From an uncultured Bacilli bacterium (GTDB taxonomy: Bacteria; Bacillota_I; Bacilli_A; RF39; UBA660), in the NCBI GenBank assembly GCA_947628435.1, contig CANQZW010000001.1:12013-76012 (forward strand): a stretch of DNA of 64,000 bases, given 5' to 3'. Position 1 is the first letter of the stretch. Each line of letters opens with the position of its first letter. The translations under genes were made by a program, and so were the position numbers. This document shows, in pieces, positions 17,029 to 27,318 of this stretch. The notes under the pieces were generated by a model. That model was given only the letters and a program-made list of their open reading frames with translations, was not told the origin of the DNA and searched no databases.

Positions 17029-18735
17029 TTATTTACCATAATCCAATATTTTTTTATGAATTCCTGGTTCTACCGTATCAAGCGTGCTGATGCTTAGATC
17101 TAATGATTTTTTATATTCACCATCAAAAAATAGTTTCTCGGCCTTTATTAAATCCTCATTAATACTTGGTTTAGATGATCTATATCTGTTACCATAAACA
17201 ATTGCATATTCCGATAAAAGAGCTAACCTAATCATATCACTTGTAGTATTATGTAACTTAAATACTAAATCTCTTGCGGTATCAACTCTTATATTTAAAG
17301 TATCTACATCAAGAGGCTTTTTATTTAATTCCTTTTGTATTTCTTTTATTGCATCTGCTGCTTCACGTAATTCTACGTAATAATTATCAGGGATAATTGG
17401 AAGCCTATTTTTTCTAATTTGATACTTTGATTGTTTTAGCAATATTTTAATATCCTCAAGTTGTCCTCTTGCTCTTTCTTCATCATCTTTTAAATTACCA
17501 ACTTTTTGAAGAAGATTACTTAGTTTTTCATGTAATTTTGATAACTTTAAAGAAATAATTTCTAATTCTTGATTAAGTTTTGAAAATGCAAAAGAATGAT
17601 TTTTATCAAGTGTCATAAGCTTTTCATAATCTTCATTTATTTTCTTAAATTCATCTGAAAATAATTTTATTGAATCAATTGTATCATTAGTTAAATTATA
17701 CTGATTTTTCATTTCTGGTATTTTTAAATTAATCATGGATAATATTTTAGCAACATGATTATTTTTCTTTTTAAATTCTTTTAAACCTTCTTCATAATAT
17801 TTCCTGGTTAATTTTTCAGTTTCAAAGTCATTAAATAATGAATCAAAATACTCTAATATAGTTTTTAACTCAAAACTAACATCTTCTAGATTTAAAACTC
17901 TTACCCTATCAAATATGGCGTTTACTTTTTTTTCTGTTTCTACGATGTTATATTCTACATTTAAATAATCTAATTGATAATCTTCCCTGGTTAATTTTAT
18001 GTATTCACTTGAAATATCCTCAGTCCTTTTAGGTATAAGACTTTTTCCCATTAACATAATTTCAGGTATTTCATTAATAACAATAGTCATATGTTCAATC
18101 ATTTCAGTAAGTCCTTTAACTACGTATATAACCTCTTCATAATCTTTTCTTTCCATGACTTGTTCAAACTCTTCAAAACGTCTTTCAATATTTTCAAATT
18201 GTAATTCTATTGTTTTTGCAGTTTCTTCATAATCAGACTTTGTATCTTCAAACCTTTTTTTCAACTTACGATAAGTGCTTTTTAATTTAGTTATTGTGTT
18301 TCTATTTCTTTGTTCACTTGAGGTAATTTCTTTTATTTCAGACATTATTGTTTTTATTTTTACTTTAACTTCATATAATTTTATTTGTATCTCAGAAATT
18401 TTTTTGTAAACCTCTGAAGCCTTGCTTTTTTCCACCATAAAATCTGCTTCTATTAGCATATCACTAACCTCAGGAATTATTTCTGTTTCGATAACTTCAA
18501 ATTTTAATTTCCAAATATTATATTTTTCTTCTAATTTATTATTTTTAACTAATGCTTCTACTTTGCTAAATTCATTTAGTACGGGTACGTTTATTAATAA
18601 ATTTTTTTCTTTTTCTAAATCATTAATGATTTTAATCATTGTTTTTTTCTTTTTATTCTTATATATAAATAAAAATGCTAGTGTTATTATAATAAAAAGT
18701 ATAACAATCGTGCCAATATACAAACCCTTTCCCAT
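17029..18735 (-). CDS. ezrA: septation ring formation regulator EzrA
   Basis: N-terminal TM followed by ~540 aa of coiled coil. Divergent from rpsD as in Bacillus. Start MGKGLYIG with RBS AGGAGG. Confidence 0.8.
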   Translation of the reverse strand: MGKGLYIGTIVILFIIITLAFLFIYKNKKKKTMIKIINDLEKEKNLLINVPVLNEFSKVEALVKNNKLEEKYNIWKLKFEVIETEIIPEVSDMLIEADFMVEKSKASEVYKKISEIQIKLYEVKVKIKTIMSEIKEITSSEQRNRNTITKLKSTYRKLKKRFEDTKSDYEETAKTIELQFENIERRFEEFEQVMERKDYEEVIYVVKGLTEMIEHMTIVINEIPEIMLMGKSLIPKRTEDISSEYIKLTREDYQLDYLNVEYNIVETEKKVNAIFDRVRVLNLEDVSFELKTILEYFDSLFNDFETEKLTRKYYEEGLKEFKKKNNHVAKILSMINLKIPEMKNQYNLTNDTIDSIKLFSDEFKKINEDYEKLMTLDKNHSFAFSKLNQELEIISLKLSKLHEKLSNLLQKVGNLKDDEERARGQLEDIKILLKQSKYQIRKNRLPIIPDNYYVELREAADAIKEIQKELNKKPLDVDTLNIRVDTARDLVFKLHNTTSDMIRLALLSEYAIVYGNRYRSSKPSINEDLIKAEKLFFDGEYKKSLDLSISTLDTVEPGIHKKILDYGK

Positions 18736-18895
18736 TATATTACCTCCTACTATATAATACATTTTAACATATTTTTCTACAAATTGCATCATTTAAAGAA
18801 AAAATAAAAAAGCATTAACCTTTTTTATATCATTTAGCATAATACTTTATAATTTTCTTAGCATGATATTATAAAAATGACAATTTATCAATAAA

Positions 18896-18930
18896 TATTG
18901 ACTATTTTCATATAATTAGTTATAATTAAT
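18896..18930 (+). promoter_or_regulatory. sigmaA-type promoter of rpsD
   Basis: TTGACT, 17-nt spacer, TATAAT. Confidence 0.55.
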
Positions 18931-18934
18931 AACG

Positions 18935-19092
18935 CGTAAACGAAAAGCAGCACTTTTTGAATTTAATAACGTGTTTGTTGCAATATAAGTTATGTTAGTA
19001 TTCCTTATAGCTGCGAGGTTGAAAACATTAAAACAAACTCCCTATTAAATGGCAAAAGTCCTTTAGTTTACAAAAATAAAGGAGGAATAAAA
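18935..19092 (+). promoter_or_regulatory. rpsD 5' leader, candidate S4 autoregulatory structure
   Basis: ~160-nt untranslated leader between the promoter and the RBS AAAGGAGGAATAAAAATG. S4 autoregulates through its leader in Bacillus. Confidence 0.35.
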
Positions 19093-19698
19093 ATGTCAAG
19101 ATACACAGGTCCAGTATATAAGAAAAGTCGTCATTTAGGTTTTTCAATATTAGAAACTGGTAAAGAATTAACAAAAAGACCTTATCAACCAGGTCAACAC
19201 GGAAATGATAAAAGGCGTGGAAAAGCATCAGAATACAAACTTCAATTAATGGAAAAACAAAAAGTTAGATTAATGTATGGAGTTAATGAAAAACAATTTA
19301 GATTAACTTTTGAAAAAGCAGCTAAAATGAAAGGTATACAAGGTGAAAATTTCCTTAAACTACTTGAAAGCAGATTAGATAACGTAGTATATCGTATGGG
19401 TATGGCCACAACAAGAAAAGCTGCACGTCAAATAGTTAATCACGGACACATAACCGTTAATGGAAAAAAAGTTGATATTCCATCATATCAAGTAAAACCT
19501 GGAGATGTTGTTGCAGTTAAAGAATCATCAAAGAATCATAAGGCTATTTTAGAAGCTTTAGAAAAAATAAATAAAACGGTTGAATACGTAGAATTTGATA
19601 AGAAAAAATTATCAGGTACTTACGTTCGTATGCCTGAAAGAAATGAACTTCAAGCAGACATTAAAGAATCTATGATTGTTGAATTTTATAACAAATAA
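19093..19698 (+). CDS. rpsD: 30S ribosomal protein S4
   Basis: [16 protein letters not shown]... full-length S4. The only clear plus-strand gene of the backbone. Confidence 0.97.
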   Translation: MSRYTGPVYKKSRHLGFSILETGKELTKRPYQPGQHGNDKRRGKASEYKLQLMEKQKVRLMYGVNEKQFRLTFEKAAKMKGIQGENFLKLLESRLDNVVYRMGMATTRKAARQIVNHGHITVNGKKVDIPSYQVKPGDVVAVKESSKNHKAILEALEKINKTVEYVEFDKKKLSGTYVRMPERNELQADIKESMIVEFYNK

Positions 19699-19727
19699 GA
19701 CTATTAATAGTCTTATTTTTTTAATAT
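19699..19727 (+). terminator. intrinsic terminator of rpsD
   Basis: gactattaatagtc hairpin followed by tattttttt. Confidence 0.6.
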
Positions 19728-19737
19728 TAAAACGTTG

Positions 19738-20010
19738 TTATTTTAACAACGTTTTTGCTTTTTTTATATCAATTAGTAATTTTTTAATATCATCAGGTAC
19801 TTTATCAATTGAAATATTGTTTTTTTTAACAAAATAATCATACTTAATGATATATGTATTTAAAAGGTCATTAACATATGAATATAATTCTTTATCATTA
19901 TTTCCTAAAGAGTTTAAAAATTCAATATTATTATGAATTATAAAATTAAATTCATAAAAAGTATTTTCTATATCATCAACGTATTTCATATCCACCTCAC
20001 ATTTATTCAT
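19738..20010 (-). CDS. hypothetical small protein
   Basis: 90-aa ORF, no recognisable motif. Confidence 0.35.
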   Translation of the reverse strand: MNKCEVDMKYVDDIENTFYEFNFIIHNNIEFLNSLGNNDKELYSYVNDLLNTYIIKYDYFVKKNNISIDKVPDDIKKLLIDIKKAKTLLK

Positions 20011-20014
20011 AATT

Positions 20015-21409
20015 TTAACTTCGTATTTTTTTTAATAAGTACTGGTACTTCATTAAAGATGCTAACATAACAAATCCAGCTAATACCAATATAAATATAA
20101 TAGGAATTTTTATAAATCCATAAATAATTGGTAAACTACCATTTATTTTATAATATACTAAATCAAATAATAGTGATGCTTTAAAAACAGATGACAATAA
20201 GTTATCTTTAAAAGTGTCTAAAAACTTAAAATGTTTACCAGTATTAATATTATAAATAAACATTGATATAAAACCTGCTACTAATGCTAGAAAAAAAGCT
20301 ATAAAACAAATTTTTTTATTAAATAAAACAATAATACTAATTATACTAATAATAAGCATAATAACTAACGTAATAATATCAAGTTTATTAACCTTTTTCA
20401 TTAATATTGCTTGACTTTGTATACTTTTTTTCTCATTTGATTTTTCGTTTATATAATCACTTAATTCGTTATTTTTATTTTCTAATTCTTGTTTAATATG
20501 ATTAGTAATTTCCTCGGTATTTAAATTAGTATTATTTTCTAATAGCATAGAAAATTTAATTACATCACCCGATAAAAAAGCTTGTGAAATTTCATTTGCT
20601 ATTTTATCTTCATCATTAATTTTCAATTCATCATGCTCTTGCAAAAAAAGTTCAGGAACTTTACCAATAGAAGAAATTTTTTGACTTTTTAAAAATTCTA
20701 ATTCTTCATTTATCTTACTTAGTTCTTGCTTTATACTATTTACCTTTTCTTTAGCCTCATTAATTATCTTTTGATAAGTTTCTTTTTCTAATTTATATTT
20801 ACCCTCATTAAAAAAATTCATTTCAATAAAACTATAAATTGTTATTAGTCCAAATATACCAAACGGAATAGTTAAAATAAGTAGATAATTTGGATTTATA
20901 ACGTTGTATATTAATAAACAAAAAAGAAAAATACCATTTATTAAATCATATTTATTCTTAATCTTAGTACCATTTTTTCCATAAGACAATACAATTGGAA
21001 TATTTTGGTTTATGAAAGATAAAGTATCATTATATACATTTTTAATAAATTCTTTAGATATAATATCTTTTTTTATCTTTTTTAAATTTTCTACTTCTTT
21101 TAAATCATATAAATAATCATCAAATTCTTGTTTTAAAATCTTTTTATCATTAATACTAGATAATGAATATCCTTTTTCAAAAGTATTTTTTAAATCTTTA
21201 ACCTTTTCTTGTCCAATATAATTATTATAATTATTAGTTATTACTTTCACAAACATTATGTAACCATAAGCATCTTTAGGATATAATTCAATTGCTTTAT
21301 CACATAATTCTTTTGCTTTTTCATAATCCTTATTACTAAAATATAATTCTATATCAGACTTTAACTTTTTTAAAGAACACTTACTATCCTTGTTAAGAGA
21401 TTTTTTCAT
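20015..21409 (-). CDS. hypothetical membrane protein with N-terminal TPR-like region
   Basis: 464 aa. An N-terminal helical repeat region, several TM segments and a central coiled coil. Confidence 0.4.
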   Translation of the reverse strand: MKKSLNKDSKCSLKKLKSDIELYFSNKDYEKAKELCDKAIELYPKDAYGYIMFVKVITNNYNNYIGQEKVKDLKNTFEKGYSLSSINDKKILKQEFDDYLYDLKEVENLKKIKKDIISKEFIKNVYNDTLSFINQNIPIVLSYGKNGTKIKNKYDLINGIFLFCLLIYNVINPNYLLILTIPFGIFGLITIYSFIEMNFFNEGKYKLEKETYQKIINEAKEKVNSIKQELSKINEELEFLKSQKISSIGKVPELFLQEHDELKINDEDKIANEISQAFLSGDVIKFSMLLENNTNLNTEEITNHIKQELENKNNELSDYINEKSNEKKSIQSQAILMKKVNKLDIITLVIMLIISIISIIVLFNKKICFIAFFLALVAGFISMFIYNINTGKHFKFLDTFKDNLLSSVFKASLLFDLVYYKINGSLPIIYGFIKIPIIFILVLAGFVMLASLMKYQYLLKKIRS

Positions 21410-21421
21410 AATATAACTTCC

Positions 21422-22792
21422 TTAAAATACTATTCTTTCTTTTATATAATCAATTACCTCATTAACTGGTAAAGTTATCTGCTGCATAGTATCTCTATTT
21501 CTTAGTGTTACCGTATTATTTTCAATACTTTGATCATCAACCGTTACACACCAAGGAGTACCAATAATATCTTGACGTCTATATCGTTTTCCAATTGATC
21601 CTGTATCATCATAAGTAGTCATTAATTCATTTGAAAATAGTTCATATATTTCATTTGCTTTTTCTTTATGATATTTTTTTACAAGTGGTAAAACCGCTAC
21701 TTTATATGGTGCTAAAAAAGGTTTAAAATGCATAACTTCTCTTTCTTCATTATTATCTAATAATTCGCATTCATAAGAATCAAATAAAATAGCTAAAACA
21801 GTTCTATCTAAACCATAAGTTGATTCAATTATATATGGAATATATTTTTCATTAGTTTCTGGGTCTAAATACTCGGTTGATACACCTGAAAACTCTTTAT
21901 GTCTTGAAAGATCAAAATCAGTTCTATTATGAGTACCATTTATTTCTCCCCAACCAAATGGAAATTTATACTCTATATCACATGCTGCTTTAGCATAATG
22001 TGCTAATTTTTCATGATCATGAAATCTTAATTTATCTTTTGATAAACCTAAATCAACATAAAATTTTTTTCCGTATTCTTTGAAATATTCATAGAGTTTT
22101 TCATCATCAGTCTTTTTACAAAAAGTTTGATATTCCATTTGTTCAAACTCAATTGTTCTAAACGTAAAATTACCTGGCGTAATTTCGTTTCTAAAAGCTT
22201 TACCAATTTGTCCAATAGAAAAAGGTAGTTTGCTACGCATACTTCTTTGAACATTTAAAAAATTAACATATTCTCCTTGTGCGTTTTCAGGTCTTAAATA
22301 AACCGTATTTTTTCCGTCATTAGTAACTCCTCTTTGAGTTTCAAACATTAAATTAAATTGTCTTATGTCAGTAAAATTACTTTTGCCACACTTAGGACAT
22401 GGCACCTTTTTTGATTTTATAAATTCAACCATTTGTTTTTCCGTTAAAGAATCACCCTTAGATGAATTAGTATAATCATTTATTAAATTATCTGCTCTAT
22501 ATCTTGTTTTACATTCTTTACAATCAATTAAAGGATCAGAAAAGCTTCCAACATGACCTGATGCTTCCCAAACTTTTGGATGCATCAAAATATCAGCATC
22601 TAACTCATATGCGTTTTTTCTTTGCTGTATAAATCTTTTTCTCCAACAATCTTTTACGTTATTTTTAAGTCTTGTACCTAAAGGCCCATAGTCCCAAGTA
22701 TTTGCAAGACCTCCATAAATCTCACTACCTTGATAAATAAAACCATATTGTTTACATAAATTTACCATTTTATCCATATTAATATTACTCAT
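21422..22792 (-). CDS. glyQS: glycine--tRNA ligase (homodimeric class II type)
   Basis: 456 aa. Class II motifs and the anticodon-binding domain collinear with GlyQS. Confidence 0.95.
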   Translation of the reverse strand: MSNINMDKMVNLCKQYGFIYQGSEIYGGLANTWDYGPLGTRLKNNVKDCWRKRFIQQRKNAYELDADILMHPKVWEASGHVGSFSDPLIDCKECKTRYRADNLINDYTNSSKGDSLTEKQMVEFIKSKKVPCPKCGKSNFTDIRQFNLMFETQRGVTNDGKNTVYLRPENAQGEYVNFLNVQRSMRSKLPFSIGQIGKAFRNEITPGNFTFRTIEFEQMEYQTFCKKTDDEKLYEYFKEYGKKFYVDLGLSKDKLRFHDHEKLAHYAKAACDIEYKFPFGWGEINGTHNRTDFDLSRHKEFSGVSTEYLDPETNEKYIPYIIESTYGLDRTVLAILFDSYECELLDNNEEREVMHFKPFLAPYKVAVLPLVKKYHKEKANEIYELFSNELMTTYDDTGSIGKRYRRQDIIGTPWCVTVDDQSIENNTVTLRNRDTMQQITLPVNEVIDYIKERIVF

Positions 22793-22806
22793 TGCTATCC
22801 TCCACT

Positions 22807-23460
22807 TTATTTAGAAATACCATTTTTATTTGTAATGTTTAATTCTCTTAATATGTTAATCATTAAATCATATGATTTATTATTAATAGTGATTTGTCTT
22901 TTGCCTGCTTTTAATAAAATATCATTATTTTCATTAAATTCATAACTTGGTTTGTCATTTGAAATAACATTTTTTAATATAGAACTAAATAGTTTAATAT
23001 CAGATGGTTGCGTATATGATAGATATAACTCATCTAACCCAATAATATTTTCTTTGTTATTTTCATCTTTAAGTTTATATTTACATCCTCTTTTTGAAAA
23101 ATTACATATAATTTTAGTTTCTCCATCATTAATATATTTTTCAGCTGATTTCATCATATTTCTTTCTAAAATATTATCAATTTCTTCTTTATAGTACTCA
23201 TAAATAGGTCTTTGAATTTCTAAAGAACAATCAAATGAGGTTAATATAATCATATCCTTATTCCATGTTTGATAAGAAAAGCGAGAATTCATTAACATAC
23301 CTGTTATAAAGTTATTCTTTAAAAATTCTCCTATAATACCACCTATATTAGAAATATTACTTACCTCTTGATACTCAACAGAAAAATAATTTTTATCATG
23401 ATTTTTTATTATCCTATATAAATATTTAGTGTTTTCTTTTTCGTTTTTGTTATTTATCAT
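22807..23460 (-). CDS. hypothetical protein, first gene behind the glycine T-box leader
   Basis: Start MINNKNEKEN with RBS GGGAGG directly after the T-box terminator. No recognised domain. Confidence 0.5.
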   Translation of the reverse strand: MINNKNEKENTKYLYRIIKNHDKNYFSVEYQEVSNISNIGGIIGEFLKNNFITGMLMNSRFSYQTWNKDMIILTSFDCSLEIQRPIYEYYKEEIDNILERNMMKSAEKYINDGETKIICNFSKRGCKYKLKDENNKENIIGLDELYLSYTQPSDIKLFSSILKNVISNDKPSYEFNENNDILLKAGKRQITINNKSYDLMINILRELNITNKNGISK

Positions 23461-23479
23461 AATTACCTCCCATAAAACA

Positions 23480-23602
23480 AAAAAATTCCTAGATATCAAA
23501 GGGACGAGATAACCCGCGGTTCCACCCTTTTTATTCTAGAAGAATCACTTTTAATACATTGCTGATAAGGTTTCCAATCCTCGTTTTCGCATCCATATAT
23601 CG
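23480..23602 (-). promoter_or_regulatory. T-box riboswitch leader (glycine class; compact glyQS-type)
   Basis: Minus strand AAAAAGGGTGGAACCGCGGGTTATCTCGTCCCTTTG matches the T-box/antiterminator consensus AGGGUGGNACCGCG...CGUCCC, followed by a terminator T-run. Upstream promoter TTGTTA-17-TATAAT. The candidate specifier is GGA in UUGGAAACC. Confidence 0.75.
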
Positions 23603-23621
23603 AGTAATATTATAACATAAA

Positions 23622-24356
23622 TTATTTTAATTTAACAACGTTTTTTAAAAACTTTTTACTTTTAAGATAAAGACCAGTATATCTTTCATAATACTCATCA
23701 ATAAAATCATTAATTTCTTTTTTAACTACGTCTGATATATCTAACTTACTTATCTTAGATATATCAACAAACTTTAACATTCTAATAATTTTTATTGTCT
23801 TATCACTAATAATATATTCTCCTGATACATGATTTTTACATAAAAAACCACCCTTGTCTGCTGATAGAGTAACTACGTTTTTACTACCACAAACAACGCA
23901 TCCATTTAACTCGGGATTTACACCTAAAAAATCAAGATACTTAAGTTCTAATATATTAGTTATGCTCATAGGATCATATCCGTTTTCTATTTTTAGTACG
24001 CATGAAACAAAAGAATCATAAATACTCTTACTTTTAGATTGTTTTAATACTTGCATTGTTAATTCAGATATATAATTAATATAAGATATTTTTTCAATGT
24101 CCTTTTTAATGTTATTTAGCGGATTTATAACGTCTGCAGATAATAAAGTTGATAGCTTATCTTCCTTATAACTAATACAAAAAGAGGCATAAGTAAACAT
24201 TTGGCTAACGCTTCTTAAAGTATTTTTTAATCTTTTAGACCCCTTTGATAATACTCCAATTACACCATATTCTTTAGTTATAATGTTTAATATCTTACTT
24301 GTTTCCCCAAACGATTTTTCACCTATTATAATTCCATCAATTGTCTTTATCTGCAA
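23622..24356 (-). CDS. recO: DNA repair protein RecO
   Basis: Collinear with B. subtilis RecO, including the Zn motif CVVCG...CKNH. The true start is probably TTG at ~24356, because the longer ORF overlaps yqzL. Confidence 0.85.
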   Translation of the reverse strand: MQIKTIDGIIIGEKSFGETSKILNIITKEYGVIGVLSKGSKRLKNTLRSVSQMFTYASFCISYKEDKLSTLLSADVINPLNNIKKDIEKISYINYISELTMQVLKQSKSKSIYDSFVSCVLKIENGYDPMSITNILELKYLDFLGVNPELNGCVVCGSKNVVTLSADKGGFLCKNHVSGEYIISDKTIKIIRMLKFVDISKISKLDISDVVKKEINDFIDEYYERYTGLYLKSKKFLKNVVKLK

Positions 24357-24453
24357 GTGTATCAATCTTCCTTTCAAGCATTTGTTGATACTTAATAAAA
24401 TACTCAACTTTACCAGTTAATTTAAATAAATTCCAAACATCATCTTTAGTCAT
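24337..24453 (-). CDS. yqzL: YqzL-family small protein
   Basis: MTKDDVWNLFKLTGKVEYFIKYQQMLERKIDTLADKDN, 38 aa, RBS AAGGTGAT. It lies between era and recO as in B. subtilis. Confidence 0.55.
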   Translation of the reverse strand: MTKDDVWNLFKLTGKVEYFIKYQQMLERKIDTLADKDN

Positions 24454-24529
24454 ATTAATCACCTTCCATTAATATGGTGGTTATTAATTTATTTATTTAT
24501 ACAATATCTATAATTTTATATTTATCATA

Positions 24530-25420
24530 CTAATTATCATCAATGTCATAAAAACCTAGTTCCTTTAAATATTTTTCTTTATCTCTCCAATTTTTTATGG
24601 TTTTAACAAATAAACTTAGATATACTTTTTTATCAAGCATTTTTTCAATATCAATCCTTGCTTTAGTGCCAATTTGTTTTAACATTGAACCTTGTTTTCC
24701 AATTATTATACTTTTTACAGAATCTCTTTCTACAATTATTGTGGCATTAATAATTACTTTTTCTTTTTTTTCAATATATTCATCAACAACACACGTAACC
24801 GTATGTGGAACCTCATCATTTGTTAATCTTAATACTTTTTCTCTAATTAATTCAGAAACTCTAAACTCTTTAGTAGTATTAGTTAAGTCCTCATCTGGAA
24901 AATATTTAACATTATCTTTTAAATATTTTTTCAAAGTTTTAATTAACTGGTCAATACCATCATTTTTAAGAGCTGATATTGGAATTACCTCTTTAAATTC
25001 GTAAAGTTTATTGTATGATAGTATTATTTCAAATAATTTTTCTTTTTTTATTTTATCTATTTTATTTAGTAATAGAAAAACTGGTTTATCAAGCTCTTTA
25101 AACTTATTAATTATATATTTATCTCCTGCTCCAATTTTTTCAGTTACATCAACTAAAAATAAAACAATATCAACATCATTAACCGAATAATAAGCCTCAT
25201 CATTTAGTCTTTGTCCTAATTTATGTTTTGGTTTATGGATACCAGGAGTATCAACAAATACAATTTGACAATCATCATCATTATAAATTCCTTGTATATT
25301 ATTTCTAGTTGTTTGAGCTTTATCAGATGTAATTGCTATTTTATATCCTACTAAAGTATTTATTAAAGTAGATTTACCTACATTTGGTCTTCCAGTTAAA
25401 CTAACAAACCCAGATTTCAT
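24530..25420 (-). CDS. era: GTPase Era
   Basis: GRPNVGKSTLIN, DTPG, NKID and a C-terminal KH domain. Start MKSGF with RBS AGGAGA. Confidence 0.93.
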   Translation of the reverse strand: MKSGFVSLTGRPNVGKSTLINTLVGYKIAITSDKAQTTRNNIQGIYNDDDCQIVFVDTPGIHKPKHKLGQRLNDEAYYSVNDVDIVLFLVDVTEKIGAGDKYIINKFKELDKPVFLLLNKIDKIKKEKLFEIILSYNKLYEFKEVIPISALKNDGIDQLIKTLKKYLKDNVKYFPDEDLTNTTKEFRVSELIREKVLRLTNDEVPHTVTCVVDEYIEKKEKVIINATIIVERDSVKSIIIGKQGSMLKQIGTKARIDIEKMLDKKVYLSLFVKTIKNWRDKEKYLKELGFYDIDDN

Positions 25421-25499
25421 AAAAACGTCTCCTATCAAATTTATTATATCATAACTTAATTAATTATTTTTCTTTAATTAAAAAAATTAGAAATGAATT

Positions 25500-25829
25500 C
25501 TAATTTAGTAGGTTTAATACTTTTGGTAAAAATACATACAAACCTATAAAAGCTGCTGTAAAAGCCGAGATAACTACTGCCGCTGCAGCGGTATCTTTTG
25601 CTACCATAGCAAGAGAGTTAAATTTTGTTGTATATAAGTCTACCGCAAGTTCTATTGACGAATTTATTAACTCTGATATTAATACTAGCGAGATTGCAAA
25701 AAATACTAATATCCATTCACTAATTGATAAATTAAAATAAATTCCAAAAATTATAACTAATATTGCTGCTGTTATATGAATTAAAAGATTTTGTTCTCGG
25801 TTAAAAAAACTTTTAATTTTATTAAACAT
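25500..25829 (-). CDS. dgkA: diacylglycerol/undecaprenol kinase DgkA paralog 2
   Basis: ELINSSIELAVDL and AKDTAAAAV motifs of the prokaryotic DAGK family. Three TM helices. Confidence 0.8.
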   Translation of the reverse strand: MFNKIKSFFNREQNLLIHITAAILVIIFGIYFNLSISEWILVFFAISLVLISELINSSIELAVDLYTTKFNSLAMVAKDTAAAAVVISAFTAAFIGLYVFLPKVLNLLN

Positions 25830-25830
25830 A

Positions 25831-26268
25831 TTATCTAAACAATGAGATTATCTTAGGTACGAATACCACAAGCCACATACCAGTAGCGGTAATATCTGCT
25901 ATAAAACAAGCAGCTGATGCGGTATCTTTTGCAACCTTAGCAAGAGGATGATACTCACCAGTTACCATATCAACAACAGCCTCAATAGACGTATTAAATA
26001 ATTCAGCAACTAATATTAATGCTCCCATAACAAGGGTTATTACCCATTGCATAGGAGTTATTTTAAAGCCTATACCACATATGATAATTATACTCATAAC
26101 AATAACGTGTAGTAATAAGCTTTGCTCATGTAAATAAGCATACTTTAACCCATCAAAAGAAAACTTAAAACTTTTTAAAATTCTTTTAAAACCTAATTTT
26201 TTCAAATTTAAAGATTCAACATATTTCCCTCTTGAAATTTCAACCTTAACTTTATTTTTTGATGCCAT
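25831..26268 (-). CDS. dgkA: diacylglycerol/undecaprenol kinase DgkA paralog 1
   Basis: ELFNTSIEAVVDMVTGEYHPLAKVAKDTASAA closely matches B. subtilis DgkA. It is adjacent to paralog 2 with a 1-nt gap. Confidence 0.85.
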   Translation of the reverse strand: MASKNKVKVEISRGKYVESLNLKKLGFKRILKSFKFSFDGLKYAYLHEQSLLLHVIVMSIIIICGIGFKITPMQWVITLVMGALILVAELFNTSIEAVVDMVTGEYHPLAKVAKDTASAACFIADITATGMWLVVFVPKIISLFR

Positions 26269-26713
26269 AAGTATTTAACAACTCCTTTTGTAAACTAAAC
26301 ATTTCATCTTCATCTTCCTTATTCATATGATCATAGCCTAACAAATGAAGTAAACCATGAACTGCTAAAAAGCATATTTCTCTTTCGGTGCTATGAGCAT
26401 ATTCTAAGGCTTGTTTTTTTACCATATCGTATGAAATATAAATATCTCCAAGAACTCTAATGTTTAACGCTAAATCATCTTTATTATCTTCAAGTGCAAA
26501 GCTTATAACATCAGTTGGCCTATCAATATTACGATATTTCTTATTTAAAAAATGAATCTGTTCATTATCTATTATTATAACATTAAACATGACATTTTTC
26601 AATTTTAATTTGTCTGCACAGTAATTTATAAATTCTTTTAATTTTTTTTGTTCTTTTATTTGCTGATCTAAATTATTTATAATTTCTATATAATTCACAA
26701 GATAATCCTCCAA
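26252..26713 (-). CDS. ybeY: rRNA maturation endoribonuclease YbeY
   Basis: HGLLHLLGYDH metal-binding motif. Confidence 0.92.
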   Translation of the reverse strand: MEDYLVNYIEIINNLDQQIKEQKKLKEFINYCADKLKLKNVMFNVIIIDNEQIHFLNKKYRNIDRPTDVISFALEDNKDDLALNIRVLGDIYISYDMVKKQALEYAHSTEREICFLAVHGLLHLLGYDHMNKEDEDEMFSLQKELLNTYGIKK

Positions 26714-27309
26714 AACTCATATTTAAATGCTAAGTATATTATAACTAAAATAAGTATTAATGACAATATGTCCAAAAATATTTGCTGTTTCATAAACTTT
26801 GGTAAATGTACCGCTGATTTAGCAACAAATTTATAAATTAAATATCCTATAATGCCTCCTATGGTATTTAATATAACATCATCAATATCCAACGTTCTAC
26901 CAATAGCACTTTGAGCAAATTCTATTGAACAAGATATCAAACAAGAGATAAATAAAGTTGGTAATATCGTTTTATTTTTAACATAATTAGTTACAAAAAT
27001 ACCAAACGGAATGAACAAAAAAATGTTTCCAACTACGTTTTTAAAAAACAAACTAGAATTAATTTTATATCTAAAAATTTCTTTAAATGGTATAAAATTA
27101 TTAACACCATAATTATTATCTTGAAAAGTTACTATGTAATAAAGTAATAATATATAAATTATAAAACAAAAGGTAGTTAATTCCTTATATAATACTAATT
27201 TTTGTCTATTTAATATAAGATAAGTTATTCTAATTGTAACTATTATTACTGTAAAAATAAAAATCATTGGCCATACTTCATGAGCAACTTTCAAAAACAT
27301 TTTTAACAT
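26695..27309 (-). CDS. VanZ-family membrane protein
   Basis: GNIFLFIPFG...EFAQSAIGRTLDIDDVILNTIGG, the VanZ-like signature. Confidence 0.65.
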   Translation of the reverse strand: MLKMFLKVAHEVWPMIFIFTVIIVTIRITYLILNRQKLVLYKELTTFCFIIYILLLYYIVTFQDNNYGVNNFIPFKEIFRYKINSSLFFKNVVGNIFLFIPFGIFVTNYVKNKTILPTLFISCLISCSIEFAQSAIGRTLDIDDVILNTIGGIIGYLIYKFVAKSAVHLPKFMKQQIFLDILSLILILVIIYLAFKYEFWRIIL

Positions 27310-27318
27310 AATATCCTC

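Noticed and set aside
22048-22254. Minus-strand ORFs nested out of frame inside glyQS (22048-22254), spoIIGA (55979-56203), murG (60834-61037) and the small ORF 19028-19228 overlapping the rpsD start
   Set aside because: They lie in alternative frames of confirmed genes, or across a known promoter and leader, and have no RBS. They are treated as spurious.
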